A stretch of DNA of 64,000 nt, taken from assembly GCA_964016885.1 (NCBI GenBank), contig OZ024740.1, forward strand, positions 403,248,001 to 403,312,000, written 5' to 3'. The notes under the pieces are model-generated. The model was not told the origin of the DNA, did not search any database, and was given only the letters and a program-made list of their open reading frames with translations. Both the position numbers and the translations under genes were made by a program. Numbering within the stretch: position 1 is the first letter of the stretch; the number at the start of each line of letters is the position of its first letter. This document shows positions 31,045 to 43,202 of the stretch, in pieces. This DNA is from Eledone cirrhosa. Taxonomy: Eukaryota.

Positions 31045-31597
31045 TAAAATAACAGATTAAAGTTTAAGCAAAGAATCGCTGCTTTCAGCATATATATGTA
31101 TATTTGTTGTGCAAGGTTTTTGATATGAAATAAATATTTATATAAATTTTGATATGAAACAAATATTGTTATACTTGGGGAGGGTCATATTGTTGTAATA
31201 ATATTGCCAGAAATAATAACAACACATTCACTTGGTTTTCGCTTCTGTATCTTTTATATCTCCATAATTAATTTATTTGGCAATCAACGTTTATCATTGA
31301 TTGACCAACGGTTAAAATTAAAGATATAAATATATATATAGTCTATCAAAGTTCTTTCGTTGCATATCTGCAACATCATCAGTGGTACGATTATGTTCCC
31401 TCCTATTGTATTGTGTTGTATTGTAATGTCTTTTAATCTGTTTAATATATCCCTATTAAGTTATATTCTACGAAATTTTGAGATTTTTTTAACATATACA
31501 TTGTAAGCTGACCGTGGAGGTCTATATTTTGGGTATATCACTATCTTATACATCAAATATGGGATTTTATCTGATGAACGCATACTATAATTTAGTA

Positions 31598-32493
31598 TCC
31601 TTGAAATATCTCTCTGTGTGTGTGTGTGTGTCTGTGTGTCTGTGTATTACCTATAGGGGCCTACATCTTACGACCGATTTTCATGAAAATTTACAGGCTC
31701 ATAGATTAGTAATCGGGAAGTGCATCGTTTTTTTTTATTCCGGCGTCATTCTGCAGATAAAAATCGATAGGAGGGGGGGGGGTCACCTTTTTTTAGGTAT
31801 CGAAAAATATGATTTTTGGCTCTAACTCCCACTTTTTGCCACCGATTTCGTTCAAATTTTAAAGCAAAATAGAATTTATCATTGCACATCCTGTAATGGC
31901 TTTATATTTTGCACTTGTTGTTCAGAGACGGCGTGGCAGCCGCTTAAATATTCAAAAATACCACTTTTAGACTCAAATTTCCACTTTTTCGGCTCTAGCT
32001 CCCACATGAATCAACATACTTTGTTCAAATTTTACAATACGCTAGATCTGATAATTTTACGTCTTAAAGTGGCTCTACATTTTGGATTTTTTGTTCAGGA
32101 ACGGCGTGGCAGCCGCTTAAATATTAGAAAATACCACATTTCGGTCAAATTTCCGCCTTTCGGCTGTAGCTACCACATTTTTCAACCGATTTCGTTCAAA
32201 TTCGAAACTTCGGCTCCACCTCACACATAAATCAATTTATTTGGTTCAACTGTTATACTACGATAGAACCTATCATTGCACATCTTATAGTAGCTTTACA
32301 CTTTGCATTTTATGTTCAGGAACGGCGTGGCAGCCGTTTAACTCTTCAAAATACGATTTTTTCCACCTCCCACATATTCCATACGATTTCACTCAACATT
32401 TCGCCATTTGCTACACCTTACGACTGATCAACACCTTTTCATCAAAGCAGATATTATTTTACCTACCCAGGCAACGCTCGGTACTGCTGCTAG
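31598..32493 (+). mobile_element. Non-autonomous Helitron-like element
   Basis: A|TC start, early (TG/TCTG) microsatellite, three internal repeats (acggcgtggcagccg), 3' hairpin-like ccaggcaacgctcgg then CTAG|T. Confidence 0.7.
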
Positions 32494-32648
32494 TGTATAA
32501 TAAAATAAATATGATACTATAGTGATATTTTCCATTTATTACTATTGTTAATATTATAATACTCCAGATAAAATTAACTGTAGAGTGCTTCATATCTGTT
32601 ATGAACATAACCCTGTTGAATATTAATCAACAAAGCATATAACTCATT

Positions 32649-32684
<36 letters not shown>

Positions 32685-32687
<3 letters not shown>

Positions 32688-33455
32688 TAGGGCGGGTAAA
32701 ATTTCCGAGATCCATGGACGAGTTCTCTCCAGCGGTCTCTGTCCCTCATTATCGCTGCCATGTCCTGCGTCTCCAACAGACCATTTTCTGTCCTTGGGGC
32801 ATCAACATATGTTCACCTCGGTCTTCGTCTTCCAGTGTGTCCATGCAGGAGCTCCCACAGGAGCACTGAGTGCTGTGTCAACTCTGGTTGTCAGTGAGCA
32901 TATCCAGCTAACCCCAGTCTCCCCTGGGCTACTCTCGAGCTGACTTTTGGGAGCCTCCCGTACAGCTCTCAGTTCTTCATCCTCAGTGTATGCTGATTAA
33001 TGTTCAGAGCCATGCTCAGCATTCTTGTGTAGCACCCATCCACCATCTGAGTGAGTTTCTTGGTCAGTGTCCAAGTCTCAGACCCGTACAGCAGCACAGA
33101 CTCCTCTACAGCAACAAAGAGACGGATCTTTAGGTCTTTACGAAGTTCCGACGTCCACACAGACCTCAAGCTGTGGCACGCCGCCCAGGCTTTGCTCTTC
33201 CTCTCGACCACATCATCTTCCATATTCCCAATCTTTGCTCCCAAATACAGGAAGTCCTAAACCAATTATAGGGGCTTCCCGCCTACATTAGTAATCTTCT
33301 CTGGCTTCTTAATATTCTCTACCATATGCTTCGTCTTAATTTCATTCATTCTCAGCCCCACACTCATCGACACAGTCTCCACCTCCTGCATCAAATCCTT
33401 TGCCTCCTTCACTGTGTTTGTCACCAGAACTATGTCGTCGGCAAATTCAGCATCA
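32685..33455 (-). pseudogene. 5'-truncated RTE/RTE-X-clade LINE (RT C-terminal part) between (TA)n tracts
   Basis: EFADDIVL..GLRMNEIKTK, FLYLG, SVLLYGSETWTLTK. Confidence 0.8.
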
Positions 33456-33700
33456 TATATATATATATATGAAATTTGAAAAAACATAGTTGCTACAATG
33501 CAGATAACTATAATAGAAAATGTCCATATTTTCTCTCTTCGGGTATATTTTAGCTGATTTATTCAACTATTACCCATAGTTGTCAAACAGTATTATAGTT
33601 ATCTGCATTGTGGTGACTATATTTTTCAAATATGGATAGGTAGATGGATGGTTGAGTTAGTGTGTAGATGGATGGAAAGATGGAGAGAGAGAGGGGGAAC

Positions 33701-33733
<33 letters not shown>

Positions 33734-33998
33734 TGTTTCTTTTATTTGCCACCAGGGCATCAAAAGTGGGACAAGTACAATGGGGGGAGTTTACAAAACA
33801 AGGCATCCTCAATAAGGAGGAGGCAATAACAATATATAAAAATAAAATAAAATATAACAAAAAATAAAATTTATAACAAAGTCCTCAATAGAGAGGAGGC
33901 GCCTTGGGGGGTCGCACACACCCCCGAAAAAAAGTGTGCAACCCTTTTCCTCAGGAGCACAGAAAAAGGGTGCTCCCTTGGTCTTTCATCTTCCTCAC

Positions 33999-36900
33999 CT
34001 ATAGTCTGATGTAGAGTGAAGGCCCATTCACACGGGCCATTCTCGCCACTTTCACCCATCTTTCATAAAAACGACTGGGGTGCAGCACCTCTCTCTCCAT
34101 CCTGATCCTTCTTCCGAAATGATATTGGAAGAAACGGACCAGTTGTTGGCCAGAGAGAAAGGTGTCTGACCTCAGTCCTTTCAGACGCGTCCACCATACA
34201 ACCTCTTTCGCCATGGCTATTACGCACAGAAACACCGCCTCTTCTTCGTTTTTGAAGAGGGGAGGCGGCTTGATCGTTACAATAGACTCGGTGGTCAACC
34301 GGATCGGTCCCACCCTTGACAGCAGTTGTTCGACATAGCCCCACAGATCGGCAATGCCCGAGCAGTGTACCAATGCGTGTGCAACGGTTTCCTCGTCGCA
34401 CACGCATCTGGGACAGATCTTTTTCGAGGGGTCCCTACCCGGGCGCCCGTGTCTGTAGAGCCTTTCTCGAACGGGCAGAGCCCTTCAGTAGCATTGCCAG
34501 GCCAGGGACCTCTGGAAGTTATCCATGGGTCCCGGGCTGAATGTCCTACCGAACAGGTTGGCCAGTTCGTCTTCCTCCATGCCTAGGGCTTCTCCGAGGG
34601 CGTCGTCGCACCTGCTAACCACCAGCCCTCTATAGAATGACGAGGTGGATTCTCCACTGACAGCCGGGTCCGCCTGCCAGAGAGCCGTGAGTGCCTGGGC
34701 ACACTCCGTGTGCCAGGCGCCCAGTTTTCTCGGTCTTTGCTTGACCCAGGATTGCAGCTCGGTGAGTGAGACGAGTCTGGGAAAGGCTCGCCTCACAAAC
34801 GGGGCCCACACCGGTTGACCGGAGAGGAATACCTGAAGGTGCCGTAGCCTTAATGCGTGTTTACGTATCATTAACCACGGCATCCCCAGCCCTCCTTTCG
34901 AAGGGTGTTGACAGCAGATGGATCTCCTCACCATAGAAGCCCGCTTCTTCCAAAGGAATTGGAAGAGTGCGCGCTCCATTTTGGCGAGCGTTTCCCTTGG
35001 GCAAGGCACAACGGTCAGGCGGTAGTAGATGACGGACGCTATATAAGTATTCGCCACCTCCGCCCGACCTTTCAGGGATAGTTTGCAACTGGCCCACTTC
35101 TGGGTCAGTGCAAACACTCTGTTCGTTACCTCACCCCAGTTCTTCCCCACCTGGAGGTCTGGTCCGAACCAGACCCCGAGCAACTTCGCCGGGCCGTCCG
35201 TCCAGCGCCCGACGACGCCATCGGAGGGCATCGATCTGCCCCTCCACGTGCCGAGTTGCAAACCGATCGACTTGTCCCGGTTCAGCTTAGCCCCTGTAAA
35301 CCTTTCGTACTCCTACAGTAAGGTGCCGATCGCCCCGATTTCCGAGGCCGTCGACACCATTACTGTTACGTCATCGGCGTAGGCTGACACCGCTTTCCGC
35401 AATCCCGGTTCCAACGGGATGCCCTGCAACAACTCCAACTTCCGCAGTAGTGGCTCTAGAGTCACTACATACAGAAGAGAGGAGAGAGGGCACCCCTGTC
35501 GGATGGACCGCGCGATTTCGAACGGCTCCGAGAGGTAGCCGTTCACCTTGACCCTAGAGCAGATGCGGCTGCTGTGCCTGGCATTGATCCAGCCCCTGAA
35601 AACGGGTCCGAAGCCTGCCGCCGCTAGCACCGCATCCAGATAACCATGGTCGACCCTATCGAATGCCTTAGATTGATCCAAGTTTATCAGGGCCCCACCA
35701 AAGCCGAGTTCGTTCCCAACCCTCTCTATGAGGTATCGCATCAGGTGGAGGTTGTCGTGGATGGACCTGGACGGGATAGCACATGTCTGCGCATCTCCCA
35801 CCAGGTTACCCACGACAAGCGCCAATCTCTTTGCTAGCACCTTGGCCAAAATCTGTAACTCTGTATTTAGCAGAGTTATGGGCCTGAAATTATTTATATC
35901 GTCCCCCTTGTTCTCGTCCTTCCTCACTAGCGTGACTACGCCCTTGGTCACAGCACAGGGAATTCTCCCGTTCTGTTGCCAGTTGCAGTAGACCGCCTCG
36001 AGGAGATCGGGGAACAAGTCCGGCATAGCTAGATATAGTTCGTATGGAAGACCATCGAGACCCGGGGATTTGCGTTTGCCGCATTGGCTCAGCACGTCCT
36101 CTATCTCAGCGGCTGAAATCGGCTCCTCGCAAGACTTCGCCTCCCTGTCCGAGAGACGCGGCAGGCCGTCGAGGTATGGACCGAAGTCCACATCCCCAAC
36201 CGGCTCCCCTCCCCTTCCGAACAATCCGGCAAAGTGCTTTTGAAAAGCCTCGCACATCTGCTTAGGTTCAAGGATCACCCGTCCATCCTGGTCTCGCAAA
36301 GAGCGGATAGTGGATCTACTCCCTCTTTTGGCTTCTGTCACGCGGGCCCAGCTAACAGCTTTGGTCTCCTCGTTTCCCAGCACGTATTTTGCTTCGGACG
36401 ATGCAGCCTTCGTGTTTCGCGTCGAAGAACTGGCCCAGGGCCGTTCTCGACGCTAGCACTCTGGCCACGTCGCCGCTTCTAATTGCCTCTTCAACACTAT
36501 CTACCAACTCCCTTTCCTTCCTATTTCTATTTGAGGCTAACTCCTTACTAAATTCTATAGAGACTACTCTAATCTCTCTTTTGAGAGATCCCCACCACCT
36601 GCTGTTGACGATGGCGCCCGTCAACCGCTCCTTAACTAAAGTGCTAATCCGGTCCCTGTAAGCCTTACTTGCCGGTAAGGACAAGTTGATCTTCCAGTAA
36701 CCGGGTCCCTGTCTATGAGTTCTGTCAAGGTTGACCATGCAGGTCACTAACTTGTGGTCTGAATAGCCAACCATGCGCATTTTTGGACAACTTAAAAAGT
36801 CCTTATCCTTAATTCTAACTAAGAACCTATCTAGGTACGACCTAGATGATCCGCTACGATTTGCCCAAGTCCAGGTTGGCGCAGTCGGAAAATCTAGTCG

Positions 36901-37434
36901 ATATCTATCGGCCAGGTCAAATCGACCGATTAACCCTTTGAGGCTATTACACACCTCTCTATCGGGACAGGCCCCTACGTAGTCCCAGCGTGCATCTAGG
37001 ATACCATTCCAGTCCCCCACTAATAGCAAGGAGCGGGACGTCCCTAGAAAAGTCTCCAGACGATGGAAGAAGTCCGGCCGCATTGACCCGAAAGGGCCGT
37101 AGGCGGCTACCAACCTAAACGCTCCGCCTTTACCACTGCCAAGGTCCAGAACCACTAGTCGACCCTCCTGGTCCAAATGTACCATCTGTGTTGCGAGACC
37201 CAGATGTTTTTGCAGCAGAACGACAACCCCACCCCCACCTCCGGGCTGACAGAGAGATGCGTGCATCTCAAAGTCATCAAAGGTGGGGGCCAGCTGTCGC
37301 ACGTTGCTGATCCGGGCCTCGCAAATAACCATCACACCTATACGTTGTGACCTGAGGTCATTTAGAAGCATTGCTTGCTTCCAAGTTGAGCCCAGGCCAC
37401 GCGCATTTAAACAGCCTACTCTTAGCATGGCCAT
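33999..37434 (-). pseudogene. Copy 4 ORF2 (APE-RT-CCHC), broken by frameshifts
   Basis: ORF pieces 36352-37458, 35313-36383, 34485-35261 and 33999-34403 are collinear with intact ORF2. Confidence 0.9.
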
Positions 37435-37458
37435 GTTGGTGGTGAAGAGAAAAGGCAC

Positions 37459-39250
37459 TTACCTCTCTGCGTCCCGGATATCGGGCTGCACAATTTCCAT
37501 TAGGGTGGGGGATGGGTTGTTGGGTGGGGTGGTTGTTTGTGGAGGTGTAGGGGCTTCAGTGTGTTGTGTGGTTGGGGAGTTTGAAGTTGTGTGGGTGTTT
37601 GGGGAGGGAGTGGGGTAGTTTTTTAGGAGGACGCGGTTAATGGGCCCGACGCAGGGGGGACCCACGTCCTCTTTAAAGTTGTTTTTTAAAGTTTTATAGG
37701 TGTCCTGTGGGCCTTAATTATTTTGAGGTGGGGGAAATCCCCTGCCTGGGTGAAGTTAGGCCCTTGGGTTTTTATTAGATTGTTGTTGTACACAATGTTT
37801 AACAGTTTTTTGTTTCTTGTGTTTATGTATGTGTATGCATGTTTTTGTTTTTGTGTGGTGTTTTTTGTTTGCTGTTGTTGTGAGCTCTTTTGTGTTGGTG
37901 TCAGTGTTATGTTTTGGGGAGGGGTTGTTTTCATTTGTGTGTCTGAGGTGTTTTTTCTTTTTTTTCTTTTGATTGTGTGGAAGTGCTCCTCCTCGTCTGA
38001 CGACGAACTAGGGTCATCTTCCGCGTTGGAGGGGAGGGGTATATTTTCGGGTTGTGTTTGCGGTGCGGGTGTTTTGGAAATAGTTTTTGTTTTTTGAGTG
38101 GGGGCGATGGGTTGGACATTGTTTTGTTTTGGTTTGAGCTGTGGTGGTTGTTTTTGTAGTGGTAGTTGTGGCGATTGTGTTGGTTGTGCAGTTGTTGGTG
38201 GTGTAGGCAGGATTGGGGTTTTCTTATTGAGTTGTGGACAGACAGCCCTCAGGTGACCTCTGGTTCCGCAGAGGTAACACGAGGGCCGCCTACCCTCAAC
38301 GGTAATGTTGATGAAAGTTTGATCATCCAGTATGACGCGTTCAGGGATCTGGGCGATCCTTTCGGGCCTCATTTGAACTACAAGTTCGAGGCTCGTTCCA
38401 CTGAACGCGTCACCCGATGCCTTTCCCATGGACACCAGCGTGTCATCATCCAGGTTCAGGAAACCTGTCAAAACCCACCATATGTCCATAATCGGCAGGA
38501 TGGTGTGGATTTTTATTTTTTGTGTTCTTCTACCCATGTACGTAGGGTAGAAGGTGTATGCGGTGGATGTGATTGGTTTGATGGACAGTTTCACTGCTGT
38601 GTCCCTGTCCTTCATGAGAATGGATAGACTCCCGTAGAGTCTATCCTTCTGAATGAAGGTGATGTCCTTCATGACGTCTTTTAAAACCAGCTCTATCTCA
38701 CTCTGTGATGGTTGAGCTGGTTTTTTGCTTTTATTCGAGATTGTCCTAAACATGACAGTGTTTAGGAGTCTCTGGCTTTTTAGTTCCGGGGGGGAATGGA
38801 TCGTGAATGAACCATTTTCCCCGTACACTATATATTTTTTGGCATCTGCCAGTAGCTCCTTCGCTTTGGTTATATCTACTGGCAGATAGTCGAGGGTTTT
38901 CCTTGCCGTCTCGGCGAAGGAGAAATTTTTTTTGTTTGTGTTGCTGTTGTAGTTGGTGGTGTTGTTGTTATCATTGTTGTTGTTATCACAGTTATTGGTC
39001 TTGTTGTTGTTGTTATTGTTATTGGTGTTGTTTTCGTCCGTCGCATTGTTGTTGTTGTTGCTGTTGCTGGTGCCGCTGGTTCTTTGGTTTGTTGCCATGG
39101 CAACGTCAAGTTGTCGGTCAACAGGTGGAGAAAATCCTTCCTCTGGCTAACCTTTCTTTTTGACCTCTGCTACTGTGACAGTGGCAGGGGAAGCTGTAAG
39201 CTTATCTTCCCCTTTCCTCCTTCGAATTTTGGTGAAGATGCTTCAGCCAT
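37459..39250 (-). pseudogene. Copy 4 ORF1 (CCHC knuckle), frameshifted
   Basis: CYLCGTRGHLRAVC; ends DAER*; ATG at 39250 homologous to the other copies. Confidence 0.85.
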
Positions 39251-39740
39251 TTTTATCAAAATAGTATTTTTCGAAATTTTTCGAAAGATTAAATTTTTAC
39301 AACACTATTTCGCCTAAAGGCATAGAATATTTCGAGAGACTGACCAGATCAAAGTTTGACCTGGCAGTCTCTCTACAAAATGGTACAAAAATGAAAGTTT
39401 ACAGTTCACAATTTCCAGATAAATTTAAACGAAACTTACCGAGCGAGCTCAGCACATGTGTCTATCCCAGATAGATAAGTTTCTTTTATTTGCCACTAGG
39501 GCATCAAAAGTGGGACAAGTACAAAGGGGGGAGTTTACACAAAAAGGCGTCCTCAATAAGGAGGAGGCAATAACAAAATATAAAAATAAAATAAGATATA
39601 ACAAAAATAAAATTTTTAACAAAATCCTCAATAGAGAGGAGGCGCCTTGGGGGGTCGCACACACACCCGAAAAAAGTGTGCAACCCTTTTCCTCAGGAGC
39701 ACAGAGAGGGGGTGCTCCCTCGTTCCTTCCTCTTTTCCAC

Positions 39741-42700
39741 CTACAGGCTTATGTAAAGAGAAGGCCCATTCACACGGGCCATTCTCGCCACTTTCACCCA
39801 CCTTTCATAAAAACGACTGGGGTGCAGCACCTCTCTCTCCATCCTGATCCTTCTTCCGAAATGATATCGGAAGAAACGGACCAGTTGTTGGCCAGAGAGA
39901 AAGGTGCCTGACCTCAGTCCTTTCAGACGCGTCCACCATACAACCTCTTTCGCCATGGCTATTACGCACAGAAACACCGCCTCTGCTTCATCTTTGAAGG
40001 GGGGAGGCGGCTTGATCATTACAATAGACTCGGTGGTCAACCGGATCGGTCCCACCCTTGACAGCAGTTGTTCGACATAGCCCCACAGATCGGCTACGCC
40101 CGAGCAGTGTACCAATGCGTGTGCAACGGTTTCCTCGTCGCACACGCATCTGGGACAGATCTTTTTGGCGGGGTCCCTACCCGGGCGCCCGTGTCTGTAG
40201 AGCCTTTCTCGAACGGGTAAAGCCCCTCGGTAGCACTGCCAGGCCAGGGACTTCTGGAAGTTGTCCATAGGTCCCGGGCTGAATGTCCTACCGAACAGGC
40301 TGGCCAGTTCGTCCTCCTCCATGTCTAGGGCTTCTCCGAGGGCGTCGTCGCACCTGCTGCGTACCAGCCCTCTATAGAATGTTGCGGTGGAGTCTCCACT
40401 GATAACCGGATCCGCCTGCCAGAGGGCGGTGAGCGCCTGGGCACACTCAGTGTGCCAGGCGCCCAGTTTTCTCGGTCTTTGCTTGACCCAGGATTGCAGC
40501 TCGGTGAGTGAGACGAGTCTGGGAAAGGTTCGTCTCACAAACGAGGCCCACACCGGTTGTCCGGTGAGGAATACGTAGAGGTGCCGTAGCCTTAATGCGT
40601 GTTTACGCATCATTAGCCACGGCATCCCCAGCCCTCCTTTCGAAGGGTGTTGACAGCAGATGGATCTCCTCACCATAGGAGCCCGCCCCTTCCAAAGGAA
40701 TTGGAAGAGCGCGCGCTCCATCTTGGTGAGGGTTTCCCTTGGGCAGGGCACTACGGTCAGGCGGTAGTAGATGACGGACGCTATATAAGTGTTCGCCACC
40801 TCCGCCCGACCTTTCAGGGATAGTTTGCAACTGGCCCACTTCTGGGTCAGTGCAAACACCCTGTTCGTAACCTCCGCCCAGTTTTTCTCCACCTGGAGGT
40901 CCGGTCCGAACCAGACCCCGAGCAACTTCACCGGGCCCTCCGTCCAGCGTCCGACGACGCCATCGGAGGGCATCGGTCTGCCCCTCCACGTGCCGAGTTG
41001 CAAACCGATCGACTTGTCCCGGTTCAGCTTAGCCCCTGTGAACTTTTCGTACTCCTCCAGTAAGTTGCCGACCGCCTCGATTTCGGAGGCCGTCGACACC
41101 ATTACTGTCACAGCATCGGCGTAGGCCGACACCGCTTTCCGCAATCCCGGTTCCAAAGGGATGCCCTGCAACAACTCCAACTTCCGCAGTAGTGGCTCGA
41201 GAGTCAACACATACAGAAGGGAGGAGAGAGGGCACCCTTGTCGGATGGACCGCGCGATTTTGAACGGCTCCGAGAGGTAGCCGTTCACCTTGACCCTAGA
41301 GCAGATGCGGCTGCTGTGCATAGCAGTGATCCAGCCCCTGAAAACGGGTCCGAAGCCTGCCGCCGCTAGCACCGCATTCAGGTAACCATGGTCGAACCTA
41401 TCGAACGCCTTAGATTGATCCAAGTTGATCAGAGCCCCACCAAAGCCGGGTTCGTTCCCAACCCTCTCTATGATGTATCGCATGAGGTGGAGGTTCTCAT
41501 GGATGGACCTGGACGGGATAGCGCATGTCTGCGCATCTCCCACCAGGTTGCCCACGACAAGCGCCAACCTCTTTGCTAGCACCTTGGCCAAAATCTGTAA
41601 CTCTGTATTTAGCAGAGTTATGGGCCTGAAGTTACTTATTTCGTCCCCCTTGTTCTCGTCCTTCCTCACTAGCGTGACTACGCCCTTGGTCACAGTACAG
41701 GGAATTCTCCCGTTCTGTTGCCAGTTGCAGTAGACCGCCTCGAGGAGATCGGGGAACAAGTCCGGCATAGCTAGATATAATTCGTAAGGAAGACCATCGA
41801 GACCCGGGGATTTGCGTTTGCCGCATTGGCCCAGCACGTCCTCTATCTCAGCGGCCGAAATCGGCTCCTCGCAAGACTTCGCCTCCCTGTCCGAGAGGCG
41901 CGGCAGGCCGTCGAGGTATGGACCGAAGTCCACGTTTCCAACCGGCTCCCCGCCCCTCCCGAACAGTCGGGAAAAGTGCCTTTGAAAGGCCTCACACATC
42001 TGCTTAGGCTCAAGAATCGCCCGTCCATCCAGGTCTCGCAAAGACCGGATGGTGGATTTAGTTCCACTGTTGGCCTCTGTCACGCGGGCCCAGCTAACAG
42101 CTTTGGCCCCCTCGTTCCCTAGAGCACGTATTTTACTTCGGACAACGCAGCCTTCGTGCTTCGCGTCGAAAAACTGGCTCAAAGCCGTTCTCGACGCTAG
42201 CACTCTGGCCACGTCGCCGCTTCTAATTGCCTCTTCTACTCTATCTATTAGCTCCCTTTCCTTCCTATTCCTATCCGCAGCTAGAACCTTACTAAATTCA
42301 ATCGAGACTACTCTAATCTCTCTCTTTAGAGATACCCACCACCTGCTGTTGACGATCGCTCCAGTCAACCGTTCCTTAACTAACGTACTAATCCGATTCC
42401 TGTAGGCTCTACTTGCCGGCAAGGACAAGTTGAGCTTCCAGTAACCGGGGCCCTGTCTATGCGTTCTATCAAGGTTGACCATGCAGGTCACCAACTTGTG
42501 GTCTGAATAGCCAACCATGAGCATTTCTGGACAACTTAAAAAGTCCCTGTCCTTATTTCTAACTAAAAATCTGTCTAGGTACGATCTAGATGATCCGCTG
42601 CGATTTGACCAAGACCAGGTTGGCACCGTCGGAAAATCTAGTCGAAATCTATCGGCCAGGTCAAATCGGCCGAGTAACCCCTTGAGGCTGTTGCACCCCT

Positions 42701-43178
42701 CTCTATCGGGACATGCCCCTGCATAGTCCCAACGTGCATCCAGGATACCATTCCAATCCCCCACTAAAAGCAGGGAACGGGACGTCCCTAGAAAAGACTC
42801 CAGACGCTGGAAAAAGTCGGGCCGCTCTGTCCCAAAAGGGGCATATGCGGCTATCAGCCTAAGGGCTCTACCTTCACCACTGCCAAGGTCCAGCACCACC
42901 AGTCGACCCCCTGGGTCCAAGTGAACTATCTGTGTTGCAAGGCCCATATGTTTTTGCAGCAGAACGACAACCCCACCCCCACCTCCGGGCTGACAGAGAG
43001 ATGCGTGCATCTCAAAGTCGTCAAAGGTGGGGGCTAGCTGTCGCATGCTGCTGATCCGGGCCTCGCAGATAACCATCACATTTATAGATTGTGACCTGAG
43101 GTCATTTAGAAGCATTGCTTGCTTCCAAGACGAGCCCAGGCCACGCGCATTTAGACACCCTACTCTTAGCACAGCCAT
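39741..43178 (-). CDS. ORF2: APE endonuclease, reverse transcriptase, C-terminal CCHC (catalytic YADD changed to YADA)
   Basis: LNARG, GDWN, YLDRF, SDH; KSPGLDG, FRPITLLN, LDQSKAFD, RQGCPLS; CPRC..HALVHC; ATG in AACATGG context. Confidence 0.93.
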   Translation of the reverse strand: MAVLRVGCLNARGLGSSWKQAMLLNDLRSQSINVMVICEARISSMRQLAPTFDDFEMHASLCQPGGGGGVVVLLQKHMGLATQIVHLDPGGRLVVLDLGSGEGRALRLIAAYAPFGTERPDFFQRLESFLGTSRSLLLVGDWNGILDARWDYAGACPDREGCNSLKGLLGRFDLADRFRLDFPTVPTWSWSNRSGSSRSYLDRFLVRNKDRDFLSCPEMLMVGYSDHKLVTCMVNLDRTHRQGPGYWKLNLSLPASRAYRNRISTLVKERLTGAIVNSRWWVSLKREIRVVSIEFSKVLAADRNRKERELIDRVEEAIRSGDVARVLASRTALSQFFDAKHEGCVVRSKIRALGNEGAKAVSWARVTEANSGTKSTIRSLRDLDGRAILEPKQMCEAFQRHFSRLFGRGGEPVGNVDFGPYLDGLPRLSDREAKSCEEPISAAEIEDVLGQCGKRKSPGLDGLPYELYLAMPDLFPDLLEAVYCNWQQNGRIPCTVTKGVVTLVRKDENKGDEISNFRPITLLNTELQILAKVLAKRLALVVGNLVGDAQTCAIPSRSIHENLHLMRYIIERVGNEPGFGGALINLDQSKAFDRFDHGYLNAVLAAAGFGPVFRGWITAMHSSRICSRVKVNGYLSEPFKIARSIRQGCPLSSLLYVLTLEPLLRKLELLQGIPLEPGLRKAVSAYADAVTVMVSTASEIEAVGNLLEEYEKFTGAKLNRDKSIGLQLGTWRGRPMPSDGVVGRWTEGPVKLLGVWFGPDLQVEKNWAEVTNRVFALTQKWASCKLSLKGRAEVANTYIASVIYYRLTVVPCPRETLTKMERALFQFLWKGRAPMVRRSICCQHPSKGGLGMPWLMMRKHALRLRHLYVFLTGQPVWASFVRRTFPRLVSLTELQSWVKQRPRKLGAWHTECAQALTALWQADPVISGDSTATFYRGLVRSRCDDALGEALDMEEDELASLFGRTFSPGPMDNFQKSLAWQCYRGALPVRERLYRHGRPGRDPAKKICPRCVCDEETVAHALVHCSGVADLWGYVEQLLSRVGPIRLTTESIVMIKPPPPFKDEAEAVFLCVIAMAKEVVWWTRLKGLRSGTFLSGQQLVRFFRYHFGRRIRMEREVLHPSRFYERWVKVARMARVNGPSLYISL

Positions 43179-43202
43179 GTTGGTGGTAAAGAGAAAAGGC
43201 AC

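Larger units (their letters stand above)
33734..39466 (-). mobile_element. Tx1-clade non-LTR retrotransposon, copy 4 (diverged subfamily A; full length, frameshifted)
   Basis: Same UTRs and organisation as the other copies; 3' end AATAAAAGAAACA followed by (TATC)n at 33701-33733. Confidence 0.92.
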
